A DNA stretch of 48,052 bases from Candidatus Rokuibacteriota bacterium (GTDB lineage Bacteria; Methylomirabilota; Methylomirabilia; Rokubacteriales; DASRDR01). The translations under genes and the position numbers were made by a program. The stretch spans positions 1-48,052 of the forward strand of contig JBIOTN010000070.1 of assembly GCA_044866005.1 (NCBI GenBank). Reading direction: 5' to 3'. Positions 1 to 12,664 of the stretch are shown here, piece by piece. The notes under the pieces were generated by a model that did no database searches, had not been told where the DNA came from, and saw only the letters and a program-made list of their open reading frames with translations. Position 1 is the stretch's first letter; every line of letters begins with the position of its first letter.

Positions 1-10
1 GAGGGCCGTG

Positions 11-34
11 GGAGGGGGACGAGAGTCCCCCTCC
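11..34. repeat. Perfect 10-bp hairpin with GAGA loop (REP-like)
   Basis: ggagggggac-gaga-gtccccctcc directly upstream of the GH57 gene. Confidence 0.6.
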
Positions 35-58
35 GAAATGAATGGTAGGATCGAAGTG

Positions 59-2161
59 ATGGGGCTCACCTTCATCTTCGGGGTCCACAACCACCAGCCG
101 CTCGGCAACTTCGATCACGTCGTCGACGAGGCCATCCGCCTCGCCTACCGCCCGTTCTTCCAGACGCTGCGCCGCTTCCCCGAGGTCCGCGCTCTCGTGC
201 ACACCTCGGGTCTCCTCCTCGAGTGGTGGGAGGCGCGCGCCCCCGACCTCGTGGACCTGGTCGCCGAGCTGGCGGCCCGCGGCCAGGTCGAGCCGCTGAC
301 CGGTGGGCTGACCGAGCCGATCCTGCCGCTCCTGCCCCATCACGACACGGTGGGCCAGATCCGCGCCCTCACGGACCGCGTGGCCAAGCGGCTCGGCGTC
401 CGCCCGCGCGGGATGTGGCTCGCCGAGCGGGTGTGGGAGCCTCACCTGGCCGGGCCGCTCGCCGAGGCCGGGGTCGAGTACATCCTGGTGGACGACCACC
501 ACTTCGCCATGGCCGGCCTCGACCCGGACCGGCTCTCGGGCTACTACCTCACCGAGGAGCAGGGCCAGACGCTCGCCGTCTTTCCGATCAACCAGCGCCT
601 CCGCTACCTCATCCCCTTCGGGCCGGTCGAGGACGTGCTGGGGACCCTCCGGGCGGCCACGGGCGCGGGCGGGGCGCTCACGATGGTGGACGACGGGGAG
701 AAGTTCGGCATCTGGCCCGGGACGCACCGGCTGGCTTACGAGGAGGGCTGGCTCGAGCAGTTCTTCGCCGCGGTCGGGCGCCTGCCGGGTATCGAGCTGG
801 GGACGGCGGGCGAGTTCCTCGACCGGCACCCGCCGAGCGGGCGAGTCTACCTGCCCACCACGAGCTATCGGGAGATGACCGAATGGGCCCTCACGCCGGA
901 GGCCGCGGACCATCTCCTGCAGGCCCGCGCGGCGCTCGAGAGCATCGCCGGACCGGCCGCCGCGCGCCTCCTGCACGGCGGCTTCTGGCGGAACTTCCTC
1001 GTCCGCTATCCCGAGGTGAACGATCTCTACCGGAAGATGCTGCGGCTCTCCGGTCGCATCGCGGCGGGCCTCGCGGCGCGCCCCGACGACCCCCGGCTCC
1101 TGGCGGCGCGTGACGCGCTCTGGCGCGGTCAGTGCAACGACGCGTACTGGCACGGCATCTTCGGCGGGGTGTACCTGCCGCACCTCCGGCGCGCCATCCG
1201 CTCGGCGCTGCTGTCCGCCGAAGCGCACCTGGACGGGGCCACGGGGTCGCGGTCGACCCCGGGTCACGAGGTCGCGGACCTCGACGGCGACGGCGCGGCC
1301 GAGATCGAGATCCGCTCCGACCGGCTGACGCTCCTCCTCCGGCCGGCCCAGGGCGGCACGCTCACGGAGATCGGCTTTCGCCCGCTCCGCTTCGACCTCG
1401 CGGACGTCCTGACCCGACGCCGCGAGGCCTCGCATCGGCGGATCGCGGAGGCGGAGGACGCGAGCCGCGGCGGGCACGTCATGCGGACGATCCACGAGAC
1501 GTGGACGGTGAAGGAGAGCGGTCTCGGCCGCCTGCTGGCCTACGACGTGCACCGGCGCGCCAGCCTCCAGGACTACCTTCTCGAGCCCGGCGGGTCCGGG
1601 AGCGCCCCGGAGATCGACCAGGCGTGGGTCGCCTTCCCCGGCCACCGCTTTCGCGCGAGCGTCCAGGAGTCGGCCGACGGGGTCGTGGTCACCCTCGGCA
1701 CGGAGGCCCAGGTACGGGAGACGCCCGTCCAGCTCGCCAAGGGGCTCGAGGTCCGGCGCGGGCGGAACGGGCTGACCGTCGGCTACGCCCTGCGTGCCGC
1801 GCGGGCGCTCGACGCCCGGTTCGCCGTCCGCTGGAACCTCGCCCTGACCGGCCCCGCCGACGGCCGCTACTACCGCACCGCGGCCGGCCAGACGGCGTCG
1901 CTCGAGGACGCGGGGGCGCGCCAGGGGGACGCGATCGAGCTGGTCGACGAGTGGCTCGGGTTGACCGCCACGCTCCGATGGAGCCCGGCCGGGCGCGTGG
2001 ACTGGGCGCCGGTCTACACGGTCTCCCTCTCCGAGGCGGGGCTCGAGCGCGTGTGGCAGGGCGTGGAGCTCGTCGTGAGCTGGCCGGTGGCGCTCGGACC
2101 CGACGAGTGGCGGGCCACGATGACCCTCGCCCTCGACGCCCGCGACGGGGAGGCGCGGTGA
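59..2161 (+). CDS. GH57 family alpha-amylase/4-alpha-glucanotransferase with DUF1925/DUF1926-type C-terminal domains
   Basis: GH57 motifs HNHQP, GMWLAERVWEP (nucleophile Glu), DDGEKFG (acid/base Asp), QCNDAYWHG. Start uncertain (ATG 38 or 59). Confidence 0.9.
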   Translation: MGLTFIFGVHNHQPLGNFDHVVDEAIRLAYRPFFQTLRRFPEVRALVHTSGLLLEWWEARAPDLVDLVAELAARGQVEPLTGGLTEPILPLLPHHDTVGQIRALTDRVAKRLGVRPRGMWLAERVWEPHLAGPLAEAGVEYILVDDHHFAMAGLDPDRLSGYYLTEEQGQTLAVFPINQRLRYLIPFGPVEDVLGTLRAATGAGGALTMVDDGEKFGIWPGTHRLAYEEGWLEQFFAAVGRLPGIELGTAGEFLDRHPPSGRVYLPTTSYREMTEWALTPEAADHLLQARAALESIAGPAAARLLHGGFWRNFLVRYPEVNDLYRKMLRLSGRIAAGLAARPDDPRLLAARDALWRGQCNDAYWHGIFGGVYLPHLRRAIRSALLSAEAHLDGATGSRSTPGHEVADLDGDGAAEIEIRSDRLTLLLRPAQGGTLTEIGFRPLRFDLADVLTRRREASHRRIAEAEDASRGGHVMRTIHETWTVKESGLGRLLAYDVHRRASLQDYLLEPGGSGSAPEIDQAWVAFPGHRFRASVQESADGVVVTLGTEAQVRETPVQLAKGLEVRRGRNGLTVGYALRAARALDARFAVRWNLALTGPADGRYYRTAAGQTASLEDAGARQGDAIELVDEWLGLTATLRWSPAGRVDWAPVYTVSLSEAGLERVWQGVELVVSWPVALGPDEWRATMTLALDARDGEAR

Positions 2162-3225
2162 CGGTCGCCCTCGACGAGCCCGCCGCCTACCCGACGGCCG
2201 ATCCGCGCGGGCTGCGGGAGCTGCTCGCGGGGTTCGCCGGCCAGGTCGCCGACGCCACGCGGCTCGCCGACGGGCTCCGGCTCGAGGGCGGACCCCCCCG
2301 CGCCGTGCTCGCCGTGGGCATGGGCGGCTCCGCCGCCGCCGGCGACCTCCTCCAGGCCCTGGCCGAGGACCGGGCCCCGTTCCCGATCCACGTCGCCCGG
2401 GGGTACGGGGTGCCGGCGTGGGTCGGGCCCGACACGCTCGTCGTCGCCTCGAGCTACTCCGGGGAGACCGAGGAGACGCTCGCCGCCTTCCAGGCGGCCC
2501 GCGCACGCGGCGCGCGGGCGCTGGTGGTGACCTCGGGCGGCCGGCTCGGGGCCGAGGCCCACCGCGCGGGGCTGCCCTGGGTCCGCGTGCCGACCGGGTT
2601 CCCACCCCGGGCCGCGCTCGCCTATCTGCTGATGCCGGCGATCGTCGCGCTGGACGCAGTCGGCGGCGGGCTGGCCGGAGCGGCCGATCGCGAGGAGGCC
2701 GTGGGCGTGCTGAAGGCGCTGGGCGGCGAGCTCGCGCCTGAGGTGCCGACGCCGCACAACGACGCCAAGCGGCTCGCGGCGGAGCTCCTCGGACGGACTC
2801 CCGTCATCTACGGGACGGACGCCACGGCCGTGGTCGCGTACCGCTGGCGGACGCAGATGGAGGAGAACGCGAAAGTCGTGGCGCTCTCGGGCGCGTTGCC
2901 CGAGCTCGACCACAACGCGATCGAGGCGTGGGGGGCCGGGCCGGCGGGCGCGTGGGCGGTCGTCTTTCTGCGGGACCCGGGCGAGCACGCGCGCGTCGCT
3001 CGCCGCGTCACGCTCACGCGTCCCATCACCGAGGGGCGCGCGCTGACGCGCGAGGTCTGGGCGCGGGGGGAAGGACGGCTTGCCCGCCTGCTCTCGCTCG
3101 TGCTCTTCGGAGACTGGACGAGCTACTACCTCGCGCTGCTGCGCGGGGTGGACCCGTGGACCGTCGCGACGCTCGACGCGTTCAAGCGACGCATGATGGG
3201 AAGGTCGCCGGCCGGCGCGCCTTGA
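2158..3225 (+). CDS. Bifunctional phosphoglucose/phosphomannose isomerase (SIS family)
   Basis: GMGGS, SSYSGETEET, TSGG, QMEENAK, PELDHN motifs. GTG start overlaps the upstream stop (GTGA). Confidence 0.88.
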   Translation: MTVALDEPAAYPTADPRGLRELLAGFAGQVADATRLADGLRLEGGPPRAVLAVGMGGSAAAGDLLQALAEDRAPFPIHVARGYGVPAWVGPDTLVVASSYSGETEETLAAFQAARARGARALVVTSGGRLGAEAHRAGLPWVRVPTGFPPRAALAYLLMPAIVALDAVGGGLAGAADREEAVGVLKALGGELAPEVPTPHNDAKRLAAELLGRTPVIYGTDATAVVAYRWRTQMEENAKVVALSGALPELDHNAIEAWGAGPAGAWAVVFLRDPGEHARVARRVTLTRPITEGRALTREVWARGEGRLARLLSLVLFGDWTSYYLALLRGVDPWTVATLDAFKRRMMGRSPAGAP

Positions 3226-3242
3226 GGCGCTCGGCGCGCTCG

Positions 3243-3251
3243 TGCTAGACT
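3243..3251 (+). promoter_or_regulatory. Extended -10 promoter element for metK
   Basis: TGCTAGACT (TGn-TAnnnT) about 130 nt before the metK ATG. Confidence 0.55.
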
Positions 3252-3378
3252 GACGCGGTTGACCGATGGACGTCGCGCCGCGGCTCTGGGAGCGGGCGGC
3301 GGCGGCCTGGCCGAGCCGGGTCGGGCGGGACGGTCGGGAATCGCTGACGCGGACAATCGGTGATTTGAGGAGGCGGCG

Positions 3379-4530
3379 ATGGCGCACGACGAGTACCTGT
3401 TCACCTCGGAGTCGGTGACCGAGGGACACCCCGACAAGATCGCGGACCAGATCTCCGACGCCGTCCTGGACGCCATCATGGAGCAGGACCCCGCCGGGCG
3501 GGTGGCCTGCGAGTGCCTCCTCACCACGGGACTCGTCGTCGTGGGGGGCGAGATCACCACCTCCTGTTACGTGGACATTCCCCGGATCGCCCGCGAGACG
3601 ATCAAGAGCGTCGGCTACACGCGGGCCAAGTACGGCTTCGACTTCGAGACCTGCGGCGTGATCGTCTCCATCGACGAGCAGTCACCGGACATCGCGATGG
3701 GGGTGGACCGGCTGGGGGCGGGGGACCAGGGGCTGATGTTCGGCTACGCCTGCACGGAGACGCCGGAGCTGATGCCGGCGCCGATCTGGCTGGCGCACGC
3801 GCTCGTCCGCCGCCTCTCCCAGGTCCGCCGGGAGGGCGTGCTGCCCTACCTGCGCCCGGACGGGAAGTCCCAGGTCACCCTCCGCTACGCCGACGGCAAG
3901 CCCCTGCGGGTGGAGACGGTCGTTCTGTCCGCGCAGCACAGTCCCGACGTCACCCTGGAGCAGCTCCGGGCCGAGATCGTCGAGCACGTCGTCGTCCCGG
4001 CCATCCCGCCGGAGCTGCTCGACCCCAAGCGGATCACCTATCACATCAACCCGACGGGCCGGTTCGTCATCGGCGGTCCACAGGGCGACACGGGCCTGAC
4101 CGGCCGCAAGATCATCGTGGACACCTACGGGGGCTCCTGCCCCCACGGCGGCGGCGCCTTCTCCGGAAAGGACCCCACGAAGGTGGACCGCTCGGCGTCG
4201 TACATGGCGCGGCACGTGGCGAAGAACATCGTCGCCGCGGGGCTGGCCGAGCGATGCCTGGTGCAGGTCGCCTACGCCATCGGGGTCGCCGACCCGGTCT
4301 CGATCATGGCGCAGACGTCCGGCACGGGGAAGGTGCCGGACGGAAAGCTCGAGCAGATGATCCGCCGGCACTTCGACTTCACCCCGGCCGGGATCATCAA
4401 ATACCTGGACCTGCGGCGTCCGCTGTTCCGCAAGACGGCGGCCTTCGGCCACTTCGGCCGGAACGAGCCGGAGTTCACCTGGGAGCGGACGGACAGGGTG
4501 AAGGACCTGCGCGAAGACGCCGGCCTCTGA
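3379..4530 (+). CDS. metK: S-adenosylmethionine synthetase
   Basis: [45 protein letters not shown]. Confidence 0.98.
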   Translation: MAHDEYLFTSESVTEGHPDKIADQISDAVLDAIMEQDPAGRVACECLLTTGLVVVGGEITTSCYVDIPRIARETIKSVGYTRAKYGFDFETCGVIVSIDEQSPDIAMGVDRLGAGDQGLMFGYACTETPELMPAPIWLAHALVRRLSQVRREGVLPYLRPDGKSQVTLRYADGKPLRVETVVLSAQHSPDVTLEQLRAEIVEHVVVPAIPPELLDPKRITYHINPTGRFVIGGPQGDTGLTGRKIIVDTYGGSCPHGGGAFSGKDPTKVDRSASYMARHVAKNIVAAGLAERCLVQVAYAIGVADPVSIMAQTSGTGKVPDGKLEQMIRRHFDFTPAGIIKYLDLRRPLFRKTAAFGHFGRNEPEFTWERTDRVKDLREDAGL

Positions 4531-4534
4531 AGGC

Positions 4535-4651
4535 CCGGGCCGATAACCGTCGCATCCCGGCGTCCTCGGTCGTCGGCCGGCCTCAACGTATGCGGCATAC
4601 GCCTCGGCCGGCCTCCTCCTGCGTCCTGGGGCTGCTCGGTTCTCGGCCCGG
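4535..4651. repeat. About 117-bp MITE/REP-like long hairpin element
   Basis: Terminal inverted repeats ccgggccgataaccg / cggttctcggcccgg (14/15), inner ggccggcc pair, apical cgtatg-cgg-catacg; partial second copy at 12624-12661. Confidence 0.65.
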
Positions 4652-4665
4652 CAGCTGACCCCTGA

Positions 4666-7199
<2,534 letters not shown>

Positions 7200-7350
7200 G
7201 CTCGTCGGCGGCGGGCTGGGCCGCCCTCCGACGGCCCTTCGGGCGCCCGCCTCGGCCCTTCTGGTCGATTGGCGGCCGGGACGGTGTCCCGGGCGTGGCG
7301 GCGAGGGGATCGGGCCTGCCTCCCCCCGGACAGCGCGGCCGCCCGACGTG

Positions 7351-8913
7351 ATGCTCTTTCAGCACGCCAGGTCCGACGGCGAGACAGTCGCCGCCGCCAG
7401 CGAGCGCGGCGAGCAGCAGGCGCGATGGACGCTTCTCTTCTGTCTGGCGGGGCTGACGGCCGCGCGGGTCGCCTACCTCGCGGCCGGGGTCCTGGACCTG
7501 TCGGGCGACGAGGCTCACTACTGGGAGTGGTCGCGCCGGCTCGACCTCGCGTACTACTCGAAGGGCCCCCTGGTCGCCTACCTGATCCGCGGCCTCACGG
7601 GGATGCTCGGCGACTCCGCGTTCGCGATCCGGCTGGGCGCCGTGCTGGCGAGCCTGGCCGGCGCCTTCGCCCTCTACCGCCTCGGCCGCGACGCTTTCCG
7701 GGATCCGCGGGCGGGACTCCTCGCCACGGTCGGGCTCCAGCTCACGCCGCTCTTCTGGGCCGGGAGCCTGCTGATGACGATCGACCCGCCGTTCCTCCTC
7801 CTCTGGGTCCTGACGCTCCTCCTCCTCTACCGCGGCGCCGTCGAGGGCTCGGCCGCGGCGTGGGTGCTGGCGGGGGTCGCCGTCGGGCTCGGACTCCTGG
7901 CGAAGTACACGACGCTCTTCGTGCTGCCGGGCCTGCTGCTCTACCTCTGGCGCGCGCCCGAGGCGCGCCCCTGGCTGCGACACCCCGCGCCGTACGTCGC
8001 GGCCGCGCTCGCGCTGGCGCTCGTCGCGCCGGTGATCGCGTGGAACGCCGGCCACGGCTGGGTGTCGGCGCGCCACGTCGCGAGTCAAGGGCGGGGCGCC
8101 GGGCTCAGCTGGGTCGAGCCGCTCGAGTTCCTGGGTGCCCAGGTCGGCATTCTCACTCCGCTCGTGGCCGGCCTGCTGGCCTGGGCGGCGTGGTATGGCT
8201 TCCGGGAGGGGTTCGTGCGAGGGCGCGAGCCCTACCGCTTCCTGATGGCGTTCGCCACGCCGATCCTGCTCTTCTATCTCCTCCTGTCGTTCCAGGGCAA
8301 GGTCCAGGCGAACTGGCCGGCGGCGGCCTACCCCCCGCTCGCGGTGGTGGCGGCCGGCGGCCTGCTCGAGCGACGCCAGCGGCTCGGCGCCGCGGGGCGA
8401 CGGGCGCAGCGCCGCTTGCTCCTCGCGGCGGCCGTCGTGGCGCTCGCCGTGAGCCTGGCCGGGCACGCGACGGATCTCCTCGGCGTGCCCCCGGAGCTCG
8501 ACCCGACGACCCGGCTCAAAGGATGGCGCGACCTCGCCGCGACGGTCTCGCGCCTCCACCGGGAGATGCCGGCGCCCCAGCGGACCTTCCTCGCGGCGGA
8601 CAGCTACCAGGTCACGAGCGAGCTCGCCTTCTACGTCCCTGGGGGAGCGCCCGCGTATAATGTCAACCTGGGTCGGCGGCTCAACCAGTACGACCTCTGG
8701 GAGGGTCCCCACACGCGGGTCGGGTGGGATGCCATCTACGTGCGGGAAGGCGTGGGCGAGGTGGACGAGCGCGTCAGCCGGGCATTCGAGCGGATCGAGG
8801 GGCCGTTCGTGGTCGAGGTCCGACGCGGAGGCCGCACGGTGCGCGCCTTCGCCATCTATCGCGGCTACGGATTCCGCGGGCTGCCCTCGCCGACGCGGCC
8901 GCCGAGCTACTGA
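7351..8913 (+). CDS. GT39/ArnT-like (PMT_2) integral membrane glycosyltransferase
   Basis: DEAHYWEWS, YYSKGP, TIDPP, GLLAKY motifs; many transmembrane segments. Confidence 0.88.
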   Translation: MLFQHARSDGETVAAASERGEQQARWTLLFCLAGLTAARVAYLAAGVLDLSGDEAHYWEWSRRLDLAYYSKGPLVAYLIRGLTGMLGDSAFAIRLGAVLASLAGAFALYRLGRDAFRDPRAGLLATVGLQLTPLFWAGSLLMTIDPPFLLLWVLTLLLLYRGAVEGSAAAWVLAGVAVGLGLLAKYTTLFVLPGLLLYLWRAPEARPWLRHPAPYVAAALALALVAPVIAWNAGHGWVSARHVASQGRGAGLSWVEPLEFLGAQVGILTPLVAGLLAWAAWYGFREGFVRGREPYRFLMAFATPILLFYLLLSFQGKVQANWPAAAYPPLAVVAAGGLLERRQRLGAAGRRAQRRLLLAAAVVALAVSLAGHATDLLGVPPELDPTTRLKGWRDLAATVSRLHREMPAPQRTFLAADSYQVTSELAFYVPGGAPAYNVNLGRRLNQYDLWEGPHTRVGWDAIYVREGVGEVDERVSRAFERIEGPFVVEVRRGGRTVRAFAIYRGYGFRGLPSPTRPPSY

Positions 8914-8988
8914 GGGCGGGGCGCCCCGCGGGCGCGGCCGGCGCGAAGGTCGGGCCGGCCGGCGCGCCGCCGCCGCCCCGCATCGCGG

Positions 8989-9843
8989 ATGACGTCCGCG
9001 CGCGCCGCCGTCCCGCCGCCGCGCCTCTCCGTCGTCATCCCCGCCTACAACGAGGAGCCGAACGTCGAGCCCTGCTATCGCGAGCTGGTCGGCGTGCTGA
9101 GCGGGCTCGGCCACGCCTTCGAGGTGATCGTCGTGGACGACGGCTCGACCGATGGCACCTTCGCCGCCCTCGGCGCCCTGGCCGCCGCCGATCCCCGCCT
9201 GCGCGTGATCCGCTTCCGGCGCAACGCGGGACAGACGGCCGCGCTCGCCGCCGGATTCCGCGCGGCGCGCGGCGACGTCGTGGTGACGCTCGACGCCGAT
9301 CTCCAGAACGACCCGCGCGACATCCCCCGGCTCCTCGAGGCGCTGGCCGGCCACGACGCCGTGTGCGGCTGGCGCGTGGCGCGTCGGGACCCGTGGGCCA
9401 AGCGGGTCGCGTCCCGCGTGGCGAACCGCGTCCGCCAGCGTTTCACGGGCGACGGGGTCCACGACACGGGCTGCATGCTCAAGGCGTTCCGGCGTGATGC
9501 GCTGGCGCCGCTCCCGCTCTACCGCGGCATGCACCGGTTCCTGCCGGCGCTCCTGCGTCTCGAGGGCTTCCGCGTCGGCGAGGTCCCGGTGCGCCATCGG
9601 CCGCGGCGGGCCGGGCGGTCGAAGTACGGCAACTGGAGCCGGCTCTGGGCGGGGCTCGCCGATCTGTGGGCCGTCCGGTGGATGGCCCGGCGGCGACTGG
9701 ACTACGAGATCGCGGAGGAGCGGAATCGCCCCGGGAGCGCCCCCGCGGCGCCCCCGGGAGGGACGGAGCCAGAACCGGTCGGGGGCCGACGCCCGGACGG
9801 GGGCGGGGGCGCGCGGCCCCCCGGCGGCGGAGCGGCGCGATGA
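8989..9843 (+). CDS. GT2 polyprenol-phosphate glycosyltransferase (DPM/ArnC-like)
   Basis: SVVIPAYNEE, VDDGSTD, DADLQNDP, HRFLP, GRSKY. Confidence 0.9.
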   Translation: MTSARAAVPPPRLSVVIPAYNEEPNVEPCYRELVGVLSGLGHAFEVIVVDDGSTDGTFAALGALAAADPRLRVIRFRRNAGQTAALAAGFRAARGDVVVTLDADLQNDPRDIPRLLEALAGHDAVCGWRVARRDPWAKRVASRVANRVRQRFTGDGVHDTGCMLKAFRRDALAPLPLYRGMHRFLPALLRLEGFRVGEVPVRHRPRRAGRSKYGNWSRLWAGLADLWAVRWMARRRLDYEIAEERNRPGSAPAAPPGGTEPEPVGGRRPDGGGGARPPGGGAAR

Positions 9844-12623
9844 GGAGCGCCCGTGGGCCCGTCCTCCTGCTCGTGTTCGTCGCTCTCTTCGTCGCGCTCG
9901 AGGCCGTCCCGTTCTACACGGACTGGCTCTGGTTCCAGGAGGTGGGGTACGACAGCGTGTTCCTGCGCGTGGTCGGGCTCCGGGGCGGCCTCTTCATCGC
10001 CGTCGGCGTGTTCAGCTTCCTCTTCCTCGGCGCCAACCTCCGCGCGGCCGCCTACGCGCGCCCCCCCGACGTCTTCTGGGAGCTCGAAGAGCCGCTGGGG
10101 CTGCCCAGCCGGGTGATCCTCGAGCCGCTGCTCCGCCGGGTGCTCGTCCCGACGACCATCCTGATCGCGCTCCTCTTCGGGCTCGCCGCCAGCGGCGAAT
10201 GGCAGACCCTGCTGGTCTACCGGAACGCGCAGACCTTCGGCGTCGTGGATCCGATCTTCCAGCGGGACGTCGGTTTCTACGTGTTCCGGCTGCCGCTGTG
10301 GCGCCGGGCGCTCGACTGGACCTTCCTGCTGGTCGGGTGCACGCTCGTCGCCACCGCGGTCATCTACTTCCTGGGCCGGGTCCTGGTCCTGACGGCCCGG
10401 GGGCCCGTGATCACGGCCCGGGCCCGCGTCCATCTGCTGCTGCTGGTCGCCGTCCTGCTCTTCGCCAAGGCCCTCGACTTCTACTACGACCGGTACGACC
10501 TCCTCTACTCGCAGCGTGGCGCGGTGCTCGGTGCGACGTACACGGACGTCCACGCGACCCTGCCGGCGCTCTCCGCGTTGACCGTGCTCGCGGCACTGTG
10601 CGGCGCGGCGGCGCTCGTGCAGGTGCTGCGGCGCGGCGCCCGCCCGGTGTTCGCCGGGCTCGTGGTGCTGGCGCTCGGCTGGATCGCCGGCGTGTGGGCG
10701 TACCCCACGGTCCTCCAGCGCCTGCGCGTCGCGCCGAACGCGCTGGTCGCGGAGAGCCCGTACATCGGACACCACATCCGGCTGACCCGGCGGGCGTTCG
10801 GGCTCGACCGGATCGAGGAGCGCGAGTTCCCGGCCCGGGAGGGGCTGGGGGCCGACGCCCTCGCCCGGAACGCCGGCACCCTCCGGAACGTGCGCCTCTG
10901 GGACCACGGCCCGCTGCTCGCCACGTTCGCCCAGCTCCAGGAGATCCGCACCTACTATCGCTTCGTGGACGTGGACAACGACCGATACGTGATCGATGGC
11001 GATTACCGGCAGGTCATGCTCTCGGCCCGTGAGCTCTCCTATCAGAACCTGCCGCGGGACCCCCAGGGCCGGGACACCGACCGCCAGTGGATCAACGAGC
11101 ACCTCCAGTACACGCACGGCTACGGGGTGGTGCTCGGCCCCGTGAACCGGATCACGGGCGAAGGCCAGCCGGAGTTCTTCATCCGCGACATCCCCCCCGC
11201 CTCGAGCGTCTCGCTCCGGGTGACGCGGCCGGAGATCTACTATGGCGAGGTCGCGAACGAGTACGTCTTCGTCCGCACCCGCTCGCAGGAGATCGATTAC
11301 CCGGCGGGGGACGAGAACGTCTACACGACCTACCAGGGGCGGGGCGGCGTCCCCGTCGGCGGGCTGGGGCGGCGGTTACTCCTGGCGCTCCGGTTCGGCT
11401 CCTACCGGATCCTGCTCAGCGACGAGATCGGCCCGGAGAGCCGGGCCATGTACTACCGCCAGGTCGGCGAGCGCGTCCGCCGCATCGCGCCCTTCCTCCG
11501 GTTCGACGCCGACCCGTACCTGGTCATCCGCGCCGACGGCAGCCTCGCCTGGCTGATCGACGGCTACACGACGAGCGACCGCTTCCCCTACGCCGAGCGC
11601 GTGGCGGGCTTCGGCAACTACATCCGCAACTCGGTCAAGGCGGTCGTGGACGCCTACCACGGCGCCGTCACCTTCTACGTCGCGGACGACCAGGACCCGA
11701 TGATCCGCGCCTACGCGCAGGCCTTCCCGGGGCTGCTGCGGCCGATCGGGGAGATGCCCGTGGACCTCCGGGCCCACGTCCGGTATCCGGCCGGCCTGTT
11801 CGCGATCCAGGCGCGGATGTACGCGACCTATCACATGCAGGACGCGCGCGTCTTCTACAACAAGGAGGACCTCTGGTCGATCCCGCGGCGGCCGGAGGGC
11901 GGGCGCGACCGCGACATCGAGCCCTACTACACGATCATGCGGCTGCCCGGCCAGCCGACTGAGGAGTTCGTCCTCCTCATGCTGTTCACGCCGCTCCGGC
12001 GAGACAACATGATCGCCTGGCTCGCCGCCCGCTCGGACGGGGAGCAGTACGGGCGGCTGACCGCCTTCCTGTTCCCGAAGCAGCGGCTCATCTACGGTCC
12101 GCGGAACGTCGACGCCCGGATCGACCAGGACCCGGTGATCTCGCAACAGCTCTCGCTCTGGAACCAGCACGGCTCGACGGTGATCCGGGGGAGCCTGCTG
12201 GCGATCCCCATCGAGGAGTCGCTGCTCTACGTGGAGCCGCTCTACCTGGCCGCGGAGCGCGGCTCGATCCCCGAGCTCCGCCGGGTCTTCGTCGCCTACG
12301 GCAACCAGATCGCGATGGAGGAGACGCTCGAGGCGTCGCTCCAGGCGATCTTCGGCCGCCGCTCCGCGGTCGCGGCCCGGTCGGCCGACGCCCGGCCCGC
12401 GCCCGGCGCCGCGGGCGCCGTGGAGGCCCTGGTCGGGCGCGCCTGGGACGCCTGGAGCCGCGGGCAGGAGTCGCTGCGGCGCGGGGACTGGGCGGCGTAC
12501 GGCGAGGCGCAGAAGCGGCTCGAGGAGGTCCTCCAGACGCTCCGCGACCGCTCCGGCCCCTCACCCCGCCAGGATGGGACGCCCCTCCCCGGGCCGGGAC
12601 GCGCGGCCCCCCCACCCCGGTAG
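9840..12623 (+). CDS. UPF0182 family membrane protein
   Basis: TDWLWFQEVGY, DPIFQRDVGFYVF, NVRLWD, YTHGYG, NYIRNSVK, YVEPLY; ATGA overlap with the GT2 stop. Confidence 0.92.
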   Translation: MRSARGPVLLLVFVALFVALEAVPFYTDWLWFQEVGYDSVFLRVVGLRGGLFIAVGVFSFLFLGANLRAAAYARPPDVFWELEEPLGLPSRVILEPLLRRVLVPTTILIALLFGLAASGEWQTLLVYRNAQTFGVVDPIFQRDVGFYVFRLPLWRRALDWTFLLVGCTLVATAVIYFLGRVLVLTARGPVITARARVHLLLLVAVLLFAKALDFYYDRYDLLYSQRGAVLGATYTDVHATLPALSALTVLAALCGAAALVQVLRRGARPVFAGLVVLALGWIAGVWAYPTVLQRLRVAPNALVAESPYIGHHIRLTRRAFGLDRIEEREFPAREGLGADALARNAGTLRNVRLWDHGPLLATFAQLQEIRTYYRFVDVDNDRYVIDGDYRQVMLSARELSYQNLPRDPQGRDTDRQWINEHLQYTHGYGVVLGPVNRITGEGQPEFFIRDIPPASSVSLRVTRPEIYYGEVANEYVFVRTRSQEIDYPAGDENVYTTYQGRGGVPVGGLGRRLLLALRFGSYRILLSDEIGPESRAMYYRQVGERVRRIAPFLRFDADPYLVIRADGSLAWLIDGYTTSDRFPYAERVAGFGNYIRNSVKAVVDAYHGAVTFYVADDQDPMIRAYAQAFPGLLRPIGEMPVDLRAHVRYPAGLFAIQARMYATYHMQDARVFYNKEDLWSIPRRPEGGRDRDIEPYYTIMRLPGQPTEEFVLLMLFTPLRRDNMIAWLAARSDGEQYGRLTAFLFPKQRLIYGPRNVDARIDQDPVISQQLSLWNQHGSTVIRGSLLAIPIEESLLYVEPLYLAAERGSIPELRRVFVAYGNQIAMEETLEASLQAIFGRRSAVAARSADARPAPGAAGAVEALVGRAWDAWSRGQESLRRGDWAAYGEAQKRLEEVLQTLRDRSGPSPRQDGTPLPGPGRAAPPPR

Positions 12624-12661
12624 GACGACCGAGGACGACGCGGGGCGACGCGGATCGGGCC
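12624..12661 (-). repeat. Partial inverted copy of the 4535-4651 element
   Basis: Reverse complement matches 4537-4574 at about 30/38 by hand alignment, including exact cgtcctcggtcgtc. Confidence 0.55.
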
Positions 12662-12664
12662 GCT

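Noticed and set aside
1132..3225. Track ORFs implying long N-terminal fusions (1132-3225, 4845-7199, 34437-35963, 32012-33274)
   Set aside because: The upstream parts overlap real genes in another frame; true starts lie at the stop/start overlaps
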